Source: Bdellovibrionales bacterium
GTDB lineage: Bacteria > Bdellovibrionota > Bdellovibrionia > Bdellovibrionales > UBA1609
DNA length: 60,232 nucleotides
NCBI GenBank assembly: GCA_038144835.1
Contig: JAYQON010000007.1
Coordinates: 1-60,232, forward strand
Reading direction: 5' to 3'
The notes under the pieces were generated by a model, which ran no database searches, was not told the origin of the DNA, and saw only the letters and a list, made by a program, of their open reading frames with translations. Position numbers and translations under genes: made by a program. The stretch's first letter is position 1. The number at the start of each line of letters is the position of its first letter. Below are positions 48,071 to 57,602 of the stretch, one piece after another.

Positions 48071-48999
48071 TAGGCTTCCACCCGATTGCGGCCATTTTCT
48101 TTAGCTTTGTAGAGTGCTCGATCCGCATAGCGAACCAACGCTCGCGCATCGATTTCACTCTCGTTTGGATTGGCGAGAGAAAGCCCCATACTCGCCGTCA
48201 GTTGGATCGAGAAATGGTCATTTTTAAAAGTTTGATCTGCAATCTTTTGACGAAGGCGATTGGCAAAAGTCATAGCTCCTTCCAGGTTAATTTCCGTTAG
48301 AACTAGCAAAAACTCATCGCCTCCATAACGAGCTGCAAAATCTACCTTACGTATGTTTTCTCGGATCATCTTTCCGATTTGGGTGAGAACAAAACTACCA
48401 AACAAATGGTCGTGTTGATCGTTGACTCGCTTAAAATAGTCGAGGTCCATCATAATCACACACACCGAACGGTTGTGACGGCGAGCACGATCAAGCTCAA
48501 AATCCAAACGCTTGTAAAGCGAGCGCATATTGAATAAACCCGTCAAATCGTCAATATCAACCAGTTCTCTCAAACGCTCATTGGCGCGCTTAAGGTCATC
48601 GCGTAAATCCTTAATTCGCAGTTGCGCCCTCACTCGCGCCATCAACTCTAAAATGTCGAAGGGTTTGCAAACATAGTCATCCGCGCCCGCATCAAGACCC
48701 GTAAGAATGTCTTCGCGTTTGGAATTAGCTGAAACAAAAACGACAGACACATACTCTTCTCGAGTTCGCAGTTTTGCCAAAGTCTCCAAACCATTTAGAC
48801 CAGGCATATTGACATCCAATAGAACCAAATGCGGCCGCCATTCACGAATTTTATCTAGCCCCGACTGGCCATCTTCGGCTCTTTCAACCTGATAACCCTC
48901 GTGTTCCAAGGCTTTTCCAACCAAATCTCGATTCGTCTCGTCATCATCCACGACCAAAATTTTGCGTTTTTGATTTTCTATTGGACTAAAAACACTCAT
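48067..48999 (-). CDS. dgcA: REC-GGDEF dinucleotide cyclase, Hypr type (predicted 3',3'-cGAMP synthase)
   Basis: Receiver DD/D62/K; DLDYFKRVNDQHDHLFGS (Ser202 at the guanine-reading Asp position); I-site RKVD; GGDEF. Confidence 0.9.
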   Translation of the reverse strand: MSVFSPIENQKRKILVVDDDETNRDLVGKALEHEGYQVERAEDGQSGLDKIREWRPHLVLLDVNMPGLNGLETLAKLRTREEYVSVVFVSANSKREDILTGLDAGADDYVCKPFDILELMARVRAQLRIKDLRDDLKRANERLRELVDIDDLTGLFNMRSLYKRLDFELDRARRHNRSVCVIMMDLDYFKRVNDQHDHLFGSFVLTQIGKMIRENIRKVDFAARYGGDEFLLVLTEINLEGAMTFANRLRQKIADQTFKNDHFSIQLTASMGLSLANPNESEIDARALVRYADRALYKAKENGRNRVEAY

Positions 49000-51110
49000 T
49001 CACTGATTCCTTCCAACATAAGCATAAAGGCAAAAATCTTGCTAACCACTTTCAAAGCTTCAAAACGTCCAGAAGCACCCGAATGACCCGCATCCATCTC
49101 AGTATACAACAAAAGGAGGTTGCTATTGGTCTTCAACTCTCGGAGTTTCGCTATCCATTTAGCAGCCTCCCAGTACTGGACTTGAGAATCATGATAGCCG
49201 TTAATCGCTAGGAGATGCGGATAGGCCTTAGCTTCGACGTTATCGTAGGGCGAGTACTGCCTCATATAAAGGTAGTCTTCTTTTTTTCGAGGATCACCCC
49301 ACTCATTGTATTCACCAGTCGTCAGAGGGATATTCTCGTCGAGCATTGTAGTTAAAACATCCACAAATGGCACTTGGGCGATAGCGCTGCGAAAAAGGTC
49401 TGGACGCATATTGACCACTGCACCAACTAAAAGACCACCGGCACTGCCTCCCATAATATGCAAATGATCTTTCGATGTGTAATTTTGAGCAATCAAGGAT
49501 TCAGCACTGTCGATAAAATCATAAAAAGTGTTCATCTTATGTTGCAGACGACCGTTTTCATACCACAACCGCCCCATTTCCGATCCGCCACGAACATGAG
49601 CCTGCGCAAAAATAAAACCACGATCAATCAAGCTAAAAACTGAACTCCAAAAGGCATGATCCAAACTCAAACCGTAAGAACCATAGCCATAAAGCAATAA
49701 CGGAGCCGTGCCATCCAAAGCTATGCCCTTTTTCATGACCAGGCTGACTGGAACCTCGGCTCCATCTCGAGCCGTGATAAAGAGTCGACGAGTTTCATAA
49801 AGATCTTGATTGTAATTGGGAATTTCCTTTTGCTTACGCAAGATACGCTGATGCGTGCGAAAATTTTCCTCAAAAGTGGCCGGTGGATGTACGAGCGACT
49901 GGTAGTGAAAACGCATCACAGGGCTACTATAATCAGGTAAAGGAAAATTACTTACCTCATAAGCCTCTTCATCAAAAGTGAGATAACGTTGACGACCATC
50001 CGCTCGATCGATCACCCTCAAGCGCGACAACCCACGCGACTTCTCATTCAACACAAGATGACTATTATAAACATCCAAGCCTTCTAGAAAAACTTGACTA
50101 TCATGAGCTAAAATTTCTTTCCACTGATCCTTACCGCGAGCTTGATGGGGAGCTTCCATCAAGCGAAAGTTGATGGCTTGCCAATTTGTCAAAATAAAAA
50201 AACGATCACCGCCATCTTCAAGGGCGTACTCGTGTTTGTTTTCTCGAGGCAAAAAGATGTCTCCCGAACCAATTGGATTTCGGGCATTCAAAATACGCCA
50301 TTCGGCAGAATCACGCTTACTGCTTACAATAAATAAATAAGCTCGTGTTTTGGATTTATGCAAACCAACTTCGAATGTGGTATCTTTCTCCTCGAATACA
50401 AGTTGTGGTTCTTGCATCGAACCGATCTCATAGCGGTAAATCTGATATGAACGCAGCGTTTCGGGATCTTGTTTGGCAAAAAACAAGGTTTTGCCATCCT
50501 CAGCCCAAACGAAGTATGGCGTCGCCGCCTGAATGCGATCTGGCAACAATTTGCCTGTGCGCAAATCTTTGAAATGAATGTCGTAAATGCGTCTGCCTCG
50601 GTAGTCGACTGCAAAGGCCAAAAGATTTTGATCGGTTGTCAGCTCTCTCTCTGCCAGTTCAAAGTAAGCTTGTCCGACAGCCAGTTGGTTCTCATCTAAA
50701 ATCACCTCCTCCGTCGCCTCCAAGGAGCCCTTTTTGCGGCAATGGAGGCGATACTCCTGCCCGGCCTGGTAGCGGGAATAATAAAAGTACCCAGAATCAT
50801 AGACCGGAACGCTGTCATCAGTTTCTTTGATCCTCGAGCGCATTTCCAAGTTGAGATTTTTCTCGAGGTCAACCACGGGAGCCAGCTCAGCCGCCGTACG
50901 AGCATTTTCCAAATGGAGATAATCAAGAACACCTTGGGTGTCGCGCTCACGCATCCAGTAGTAATTGTCTACCCGCACATCCCCGTGACTTTCCAGGCGC
51001 TGGGGACTTTTATGAGCGGCTTTGAATTCCATCGGCGTAACACCTTTCGTTAGAGTCAAAAATAATCCGGCAAAAAAAACCAAAAAGTAGAGCAAAACTG
51101 AAATGACCAT
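48996..51110 (-). CDS. ptrB: Oligopeptidase B (S9A)
   Basis: DNYYWMR, YGYGSYG, GGSAGG, DSQVQYWE, AGHSG; alternative start at 51032. Confidence 0.95.
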   Translation of the reverse strand: MVISVLLYFLVFFAGLFLTLTKGVTPMEFKAAHKSPQRLESHGDVRVDNYYWMRERDTQGVLDYLHLENARTAAELAPVVDLEKNLNLEMRSRIKETDDSVPVYDSGYFYYSRYQAGQEYRLHCRKKGSLEATEEVILDENQLAVGQAYFELAERELTTDQNLLAFAVDYRGRRIYDIHFKDLRTGKLLPDRIQAATPYFVWAEDGKTLFFAKQDPETLRSYQIYRYEIGSMQEPQLVFEEKDTTFEVGLHKSKTRAYLFIVSSKRDSAEWRILNARNPIGSGDIFLPRENKHEYALEDGGDRFFILTNWQAINFRLMEAPHQARGKDQWKEILAHDSQVFLEGLDVYNSHLVLNEKSRGLSRLRVIDRADGRQRYLTFDEEAYEVSNFPLPDYSSPVMRFHYQSLVHPPATFEENFRTHQRILRKQKEIPNYNQDLYETRRLFITARDGAEVPVSLVMKKGIALDGTAPLLLYGYGSYGLSLDHAFWSSVFSLIDRGFIFAQAHVRGGSEMGRLWYENGRLQHKMNTFYDFIDSAESLIAQNYTSKDHLHIMGGSAGGLLVGAVVNMRPDLFRSAIAQVPFVDVLTTMLDENIPLTTGEYNEWGDPRKKEDYLYMRQYSPYDNVEAKAYPHLLAINGYHDSQVQYWEAAKWIAKLRELKTNSNLLLLYTEMDAGHSGASGRFEALKVVSKIFAFMLMLEGISE

Positions 51111-51189
51111 GACCGAATCCTAATATTTCACCATAAGTAGCGTCCATCTAGTTGACTCTCAGCGGCACCTAATCTATTCCGACGCCCTA

Positions 51190-53610
51190 ATGTCTTATCC
51201 ACACACTGAAATCGAGCAAAAATGGCAGCAGGCTTGGGAAAAAGCCGGCATATTCAAATCGGTCGAACAGCCGGGCAAACCCAAATTTTATGCACTGGAC
51301 ATGTTTCCATACCCTTCTGGGGCAGGCTTGCATGTAGGTCACTTGGCTTCATATACACCCACAGATATTGTGGCTCGCTTCAAGCGCACCCGCGGGTTCC
51401 AAGTTCTGCATCCGATGGGATATGACGCCTTTGGTTTGCCCGCTGAACAATATGCAATACAGACAGGTATTCATCCGGCAGAAACCACACGTAAGGCCAT
51501 TGAAAATTTTCGCCGCCAACTGAAATCCTTCGGTTACAGCTTTGATTGGGACAGAGAGATCTCCACGTGTGAACCCGAATACTACAAGTGGACACAATTT
51601 ATTTTTCTGAAGCTTTATGAAAAAGGGCTCGCGTACCAAAAAGAAGTTCCTGTGAATTGGTGTCCGGCTCTCCGCACGGTTTTAGCCAATGAGGAAGTCG
51701 TTGACGGTAAGAGTGAACGTGGCGGTCATCCCGTTGTGCGTGTACCCATGAAACAATGGATGCTTAAAATCACCGATTACGCCGAGCGCCTGCTCGAGGG
51801 TCTAGAGCGTATCGACTGGCCAGAACGCACCAAGGAAGGCCAGCGCCATTGGATTGGCAAAAGTGCGGGTGCTCGCATTCACTTTCAACTTGAATCCCAC
51901 GATTTCGGATTCGAAATTTTCACCACTCGACCCGATACGATTTTTGGCGCTACCTTTATGGTGCTCGCTCCTGAGCATCCTTTGATAAAAAGGATCACGA
52001 CTTCAGCCCAAAAACTGGCAGTTGAAAGCTACATTGAGCAATCAGCACACAAGAGCGAGCTTGACCGCAAAGCCGCCATTGAGAAGACGGGAGTTTTTAC
52101 TGGCGCCTACGCATTAAACCCGCTACTTGACGCCAATAATCCAAGCGCCCGTATACCCGTCTGGATTGCTGACTATGTACTCATGGATTACGGGACCGGA
52201 GCTATCATGGCGGTTCCTGGCCATGATGAGCGCGATTATGAGTTTGCTGCCAAATTCTCATTGCCCATTAAGCGTGTGCTGGTTAGTGACCAAGAATTGC
52301 CATTTTCGGGCGATGGTCAGCTCACAAACTCAGAATTTCTCGATGGATTAAATAAAAGTGAAGCCATCCAAAAAGTGATTTCTGAGATTGAAAAACGGGG
52401 CGTAGGCGCTCGCCAAGTTCAATATAAACTTCGTGACTGGCTCTTCTCACGCCAACGCTATTGGGGCGAGCCTTTTCCAATAGTTCACCTAGAAAACAGC
52501 GGCACACAAGGGGTGCCGGCTGACGAACTGCCTGTCCTTCTGCCACCCGTGGCCGACTACGAGCCGACTGAAAAGGGTGAGCCGCCATTGGCTCGTGTGG
52601 AAGATTTTGTGAACTATATGGATAAAAAGTCTGGAGAACACGGCCGACGCGAAACCGATACAATGCCTGGTTCAGCCGGCTCAAGCTGGTATTTCTTGCG
52701 TTACACAGACCCTAAAAATAACGAGGCTCCGTTCTCTTTTACGCGTCAACAATACTGGATGCCCGTCGACTTGTACGTTGGGGGCGCGGAGCACACCGTA
52801 GGGCATTTGCTCTATGCACGCTTCTGGCAAAAGGTGCTTTTTGACGCTGGCCTGGTGAGCCACGATGAACCAATTCAAAAACTTGCCCATCAGGGTGTGA
52901 TCATGGGGCCAGACGGCGCGCGCATGTCCAAATCGCGCGGCAATGTGGTGAACCCAGATGAAGTTCGTGAAACTTATGGCGCTGATGCCACCCGCATGTA
53001 CATCAGCTTCCTTGGCCCCTTTGATAAAGACAAACCCTGGGCTACAAACGGCATTGAGGGTGTCCGCCGGTTTTTAGATAGAGTTTGGCGGCTGATTGTG
53101 GCCGATGATGGCACCAATCTTCCTTTAGACAATGAACCCCCGTCTGAAAGCCTTAATAAGCTGTTGCACAAAACCATCAAAAAGGTGGGCGAGGACCTAG
53201 AGGGCTTAAATTTCAATACAGCCATCAGCGCTATGATGATTCTGGTCAACGAGGTTTACTCTCTTGGCGTACGCCCAGCACCCGTACTAAGAACACTGAT
53301 TCAACTCTTATCACCATTAGCTCCACACATTGCTGAAGAGCTTTGGCACCGCCTTGGTGGTGAGGGTTTCGTCAGTGTGGCTCCCTGGCCTCAGTTTGAT
53401 GCCAAGTTGGTCACTGATGACGTGGTGACTATGGCGGTCCAAGTTAACGGTAAGACACGCGGCACAGTTGAAATTGGCGTACAAGCCAGTGAAGACGCGG
53501 CCGTGGCTGCAGCGCACACAGTTAATGCCGTGAAAAATGCCCTTGATGGAAAAAATATTGCCAAAGTCATTTACAAGCCCGGTAAGATTCTCAACATTAT
53601 CGTGAAGTGA
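51190..53610 (+). CDS. leuS: Leucine--tRNA ligase
   Basis: MFPYPSGAGLHVGH, RDWLFSRQRYWG, RMSKS, VQVNGK. Confidence 0.98.
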   Translation: MSYPHTEIEQKWQQAWEKAGIFKSVEQPGKPKFYALDMFPYPSGAGLHVGHLASYTPTDIVARFKRTRGFQVLHPMGYDAFGLPAEQYAIQTGIHPAETTRKAIENFRRQLKSFGYSFDWDREISTCEPEYYKWTQFIFLKLYEKGLAYQKEVPVNWCPALRTVLANEEVVDGKSERGGHPVVRVPMKQWMLKITDYAERLLEGLERIDWPERTKEGQRHWIGKSAGARIHFQLESHDFGFEIFTTRPDTIFGATFMVLAPEHPLIKRITTSAQKLAVESYIEQSAHKSELDRKAAIEKTGVFTGAYALNPLLDANNPSARIPVWIADYVLMDYGTGAIMAVPGHDERDYEFAAKFSLPIKRVLVSDQELPFSGDGQLTNSEFLDGLNKSEAIQKVISEIEKRGVGARQVQYKLRDWLFSRQRYWGEPFPIVHLENSGTQGVPADELPVLLPPVADYEPTEKGEPPLARVEDFVNYMDKKSGEHGRRETDTMPGSAGSSWYFLRYTDPKNNEAPFSFTRQQYWMPVDLYVGGAEHTVGHLLYARFWQKVLFDAGLVSHDEPIQKLAHQGVIMGPDGARMSKSRGNVVNPDEVRETYGADATRMYISFLGPFDKDKPWATNGIEGVRRFLDRVWRLIVADDGTNLPLDNEPPSESLNKLLHKTIKKVGEDLEGLNFNTAISAMMILVNEVYSLGVRPAPVLRTLIQLLSPLAPHIAEELWHRLGGEGFVSVAPWPQFDAKLVTDDVVTMAVQVNGKTRGTVEIGVQASEDAAVAAAHTVNAVKNALDGKNIAKVIYKPGKILNIIVK

Positions 53611-53642
53611 CCCTTTAAACGGGTGAGAGGTTTTAAAATAAG

Positions 53643-55658
53643 ATGAGCGACTGGACTGTTAAAAAATCATCTGATCTTTACGGGATCAATTACTGGGGTG
53701 CAGATTTCTTTCGCATTAACACCCAAGGCAATGTTGAGATTACTCCAGCCGGCAGTAACGGCCCTGGTCTTGATCTACACAACCTTGTGCTCGATTTGCA
53801 GGAACGCGGTATCCGTATGCCCATCCTGCTGCGTTTTCCAGATATCATAAAAACACGCATAGAACTTTTAGCGGGGTGCTTTGCTCGTGCCATTGAAGAA
53901 GCAAAGTATGGTGGCGTATATCGCGGCGTTTACCCTATCAAGGTCAACCAACAAAAACATCTCGTTGAAGAGATTCTTGAGTTTGGACAGTTCCACCGCT
54001 TTGGACTTGAGGCGGGATCTAAACCTGAACTTCTGATCTCACTCGCGCAAATGGATACTCCAGGGGCGCTGATCATCTGCAACGGTTTTAAAGATCAAGA
54101 ATACATAGAAATGGCTCTGATCTCCCAGCGCCTTGGACGTAATACTTTCATCGTTGTCGACCGCTTCTCTGAGCTCCCGATGATTATTGCAGCATCCAAA
54201 CGCTTGAATATACGGCCTAACATTGGGTTGCGGGTCAAGCTTAACACTCCTGGATCGGGCCGTTGGTCGGAAACCTCTGGCGCAAAATCAAAATTTGGAC
54301 TTACCCCCTCAGAGATTGTTCGAGGAGTCGAAATTCTGCGGTCAGAAAATATGTTGGACTGCCTTCAACTCATGCATTTCCACATCGGTTCCCAGATTCC
54401 CTCAATTCACGCGATCAAAGCCGCCATGAAAGAAGGTGCACGTTTCTTTGCGGAAATTTATGCGATGGGTGCAAACCTCAAATACATCGATGTGGGCGGT
54501 GGTTTGGGAGTCGATTATGATGGTTCAGGCCGCTCTGACAGCTCAACCAACTACTCCGAGCAAGAGTACGCAAACGATATCGTTGCCACATTGCAGTCTA
54601 TCTGTGACGAAAAAAAGGTGCCCCACCCAGATATTATTTCTGAATCAGGCCGAGCTTTAGTAGCCCACTCCACATTGCTTGTCTTTGATGTGTTGGGGCA
54701 TAATGAAAACACTCTGCGCGACTACATTCTTGTAAACCCAGACAAAGAATCTCGACTAGTACAAGATCTCTGGGACATCTATCGCTCCGTGAGTAAAGAA
54801 AACGTCAATGAGTACTATAATGATTTGGTCGAGAAAAAACGCGATACTCTTCAATTATTTACGTACGGGGTTCTAAGTCTCGAACAAAGAGCTAAGGCCG
54901 AAGATCTTTTCCGTGCTATTGCCACTAAGATAGTGAATATCTGCAGAGAAAATTCTGAGCTGGAAGACATACGTTACGCCCTGGAACAAGAGTTATCCGA
55001 TTCTTATTTCTGTAATTTCTCCGTCTTTCAGTCTCTCCCCGATTCCTGGGCTCTAGACCAACTCTTTCCAATAATGCCTATTCACCGGCTGCAGGAGCGC
55101 CCCGATCGGCGAGCCGTCCTAGTAGATATCACTTGTGACTCTGACGGAAATATAACAAATTTTATCGATGCTGAGTCGGGCGGCGAACAAAAATATTTAG
55201 AGGTTCATACTCTCTACCAGGGCCAGCCGTACTACCTTTGCGCCTTCTTAACCGGCGCTTACCAAGAAATTTTGGGCGATTTGCACAACCTCTTTGGCGA
55301 TACAGATGCAGTGCATGTCTCCCTGACTGAGAATGGCTATCAAATTGATCATGTCGTTGAAGGCGACGATATCAAAGAGGTCTTACAGTACGTGGAATAC
55401 AACAGAGCTGATTTGTTGGAAAGAGTACGCAAAGCAACTGAAAGCAGCATTCTGAAAGGCACGATTTCGCGCTCAGAAGCTCGCCTCTTGCTTGAACATT
55501 ATGAACGTGGTTTATCCAGTTATACATATTTGACGGAAGAAACGACTATGCCGTTTATTCCGCAACGGAAGGAGTTCTCGCAAAATGGCTCAAACTCAGG
55601 GACCGATCAGTCAGTTCATAACCAAGAATTACAGACACTTCAACGCAGCCACTCTTAG
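53643..55658 (+). CDS. speA: Biosynthetic arginine decarboxylase
   Basis: VYPIKVNQ (PLP Lys), GLEAGSKPEL, HFHIGSQ, DITCDSDG, GDLHNLFG. Confidence 0.96.
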   Translation: MSDWTVKKSSDLYGINYWGADFFRINTQGNVEITPAGSNGPGLDLHNLVLDLQERGIRMPILLRFPDIIKTRIELLAGCFARAIEEAKYGGVYRGVYPIKVNQQKHLVEEILEFGQFHRFGLEAGSKPELLISLAQMDTPGALIICNGFKDQEYIEMALISQRLGRNTFIVVDRFSELPMIIAASKRLNIRPNIGLRVKLNTPGSGRWSETSGAKSKFGLTPSEIVRGVEILRSENMLDCLQLMHFHIGSQIPSIHAIKAAMKEGARFFAEIYAMGANLKYIDVGGGLGVDYDGSGRSDSSTNYSEQEYANDIVATLQSICDEKKVPHPDIISESGRALVAHSTLLVFDVLGHNENTLRDYILVNPDKESRLVQDLWDIYRSVSKENVNEYYNDLVEKKRDTLQLFTYGVLSLEQRAKAEDLFRAIATKIVNICRENSELEDIRYALEQELSDSYFCNFSVFQSLPDSWALDQLFPIMPIHRLQERPDRRAVLVDITCDSDGNITNFIDAESGGEQKYLEVHTLYQGQPYYLCAFLTGAYQEILGDLHNLFGDTDAVHVSLTENGYQIDHVVEGDDIKEVLQYVEYNRADLLERVRKATESSILKGTISRSEARLLLEHYERGLSSYTYLTEETTMPFIPQRKEFSQNGSNSGTDQSVHNQELQTLQRSHS

Positions 55659-56562
55659 GGACGCCGCTGAAGGTTATCGCCAGCATATTGACGGTGGCGG
55701 AAAAATGCTCGTAACTTTGGCGGGAGCCATGTCGACCGCCGAGCTTGGAATCTCGTTGGCTGAAATGATTCGCCAAGAAAAGGTCCATGCGATTTCGTGC
55801 ACAGGCGCCAACCTAGAAGAAGACGTCTTTAATCTTGTAGCTCATGAGGACTATCTGCGCATTCCTCACTGGCGTGAGCTTACCTGCGATGATGAAATGG
55901 CATTGCTAGACAAGCATCTTAATCGCGTAACTGATACTTGTATCCCCGAAGAGCAGGCCATTCGAAAAATTGAAAAATTCGTGCTCAACAAATGGGAGCA
56001 AGCCTCTGCCGAGGGCAAAGCATACTTCCCACATGAGTACTTTTATCAAATTTTACGGGATGGTTCCTTGAAGCAAGCCTATCAAATAGATCCCAAGCAC
56101 TCTTGGCTTCTTGCTGCTTGCGAGAAAAACTTGCCTATTTTCGTTCCAGGCTGGGAGGATTCTACTCTCGGCAATATTTTTGCCGGTCGCTTGATGCAGG
56201 GAAAAGTAAAACGAGAATGTCTCAAATCGGGCCCTGACTATATGGTCGAGTTGGCCAATTGGTATATGAAGTCTGAAAACTCAAAAGGCATTGGTTTCTT
56301 CCAAATTGGTGGCGGTATTGCCGGTGATTTTCCAATTTGTGTAGTCCCTATGCTTGAGCAAGATATGGAGCGCAACACTGCAAAATGGTCCTACTTTTGC
56401 CAAATCAGTGATTCCACGACGTCTTATGGGTCCTATTCAGGAGCAACGCCAAATGAAAAAATCACTTGGGGTAAACTTGATAAGAACTCACAAAGATTTA
56501 TCGTAGAATCTGACGCTACAATTGTCGCGCCTCTCATGTTTGCTTACATCATGGGATGGTAA
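55585..56562 (+). CDS. Deoxyhypusine synthase-like protein (SpeY-type aminobutyl transferase)
   Basis: AGAMST, CTGANLEED, GGGIAGDF, SYSGATPNEKITWGK, SDATI; AAGGAG RBS. Confidence 0.92.
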   Translation: MAQTQGPISQFITKNYRHFNAATLRDAAEGYRQHIDGGGKMLVTLAGAMSTAELGISLAEMIRQEKVHAISCTGANLEEDVFNLVAHEDYLRIPHWRELTCDDEMALLDKHLNRVTDTCIPEEQAIRKIEKFVLNKWEQASAEGKAYFPHEYFYQILRDGSLKQAYQIDPKHSWLLAACEKNLPIFVPGWEDSTLGNIFAGRLMQGKVKRECLKSGPDYMVELANWYMKSENSKGIGFFQIGGGIAGDFPICVVPMLEQDMERNTAKWSYFCQISDSTTSYGSYSGATPNEKITWGKLDKNSQRFIVESDATIVAPLMFAYIMGW

Positions 56563-56587
56563 GGTCGGAAGCGACATTACCGACCTT
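56561..56587. terminator. Hairpin between convergent genes (possible terminator)
   Basis: AAGGTCGG-N11-CCGACCTT with no long U-tract. Confidence 0.4.
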
Positions 56588-56604
56588 GAACACCAAGAAT
56601 TGAG

Positions 56605-57468
56605 TTACCAGTTCCTTGCTGGATAACCTGGCCCATTCACTCGAGGAGGAATGGGTCGAGAGGAATAATAAGGGTCATCCTGCCACTGCCTTCGCCAATA
56701 TTCCTCGGCCTCACGCCGTCGACGAGCATTTTCAATCTGCCGCCGTTCACGCTCTTCAAATGCATCAGTTTCTGTTAGTGGACCAAAACGCCCACTATTC
56801 ACTGGCGGAGGTAGAGGACGACGTACCTGCTGATTTCCTCGGGCCGCAGGAGGAACCAACTGTAAAGGTTCTCCTGGCCGTTTTGAATCTCCAGCTCTAC
56901 GACTATCAGCTGCCCCCCCCTGACCAGGGACAGGGACGCGATTGACTTGCTCAATCAGTCGCTGTTGGCCATTTTCAAGGCCATCAGCAAACGAGTAAAG
57001 ATCTGTTTTCGGATTTTGATTAAAGTGATGAACCAGCGCACGCATCACCAAGGACGTGTCATTGCCTTTAACTTTGCGTAAGCCTTTTAGAGCGTCCTCG
57101 AGATCTACCGATAAACTGGAGGCCTTCCCTGTGATTGATTTCTCATTCACCAAAATATAATTGGAATTCTGGCGTTCAAGTATAAAGACGTAACCAACCT
57201 GATTTCCGTCTTCGGTTACCGCTACAGAAAAAAACGGATGATCTGCATAACGGACAATATCTGCGTTCAAGGAACCTGACCGCCCTTGCAACTTATCACC
57301 AGGCCGAATTATTCCCTTAAAGACTGCGGAGCCCCGGCTCCCATTAATTTGAACTTCAACTGTGTTATCTGCTCGGTCAGTAAGCTTTTCAAAAGAAATC
57401 TGAGCCTGAACGGAGGCAACAGACAAACTCACAAACACAAGAATCAAGTAAGCAATTAGACGTCGCAC
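56605..57468 (-). CDS. Exported hypothetical protein with low-complexity Pro/Arg/Gly C-terminus
   Basis: Signal peptide (VQA-Q), GGGAG RBS, GTG start. Confidence 0.75.
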   Translation of the reverse strand: MRRLIAYLILVFVSLSVASVQAQISFEKLTDRADNTVEVQINGSRGSAVFKGIIRPGDKLQGRSGSLNADIVRYADHPFFSVAVTEDGNQVGYVFILERQNSNYILVNEKSITGKASSLSVDLEDALKGLRKVKGNDTSLVMRALVHHFNQNPKTDLYSFADGLENGQQRLIEQVNRVPVPGQGGAADSRRAGDSKRPGEPLQLVPPAARGNQQVRRPLPPPVNSGRFGPLTETDAFEERERRQIENARRRREAEEYWRRQWQDDPYYSSRPIPPRVNGPGYPARNW

Positions 57469-57576
57469 TCCCTACTCCCTTTAGCCATGAATTTTCCACA
57501 CACTATGTCCAAATGCTAACCGCTCGTTCGCTATTAGAACTAATAAGTGCGCTCTGAATGACCGAATTCACAGTGA

Positions 57577-57592
57577 GGCAAGTTAAGTGCCA
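57577..57592 (-). promoter_or_regulatory. sigma54 promoter
   Basis: Minus strand TGGCACTTAACTTGCC (TGGCAC-N5-TTGC). Confidence 0.72.
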
Positions 57593-57602
57593 GATTCCCG
57601 CT

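Noticed and set aside
57469-57576. Leader as a possible cyclic-dinucleotide (GEMM) riboswitch
   Set aside because: No GGCAAA/GNRA P2 or GCAAAG/receptor pattern visible; an Infernal scan would be needed.
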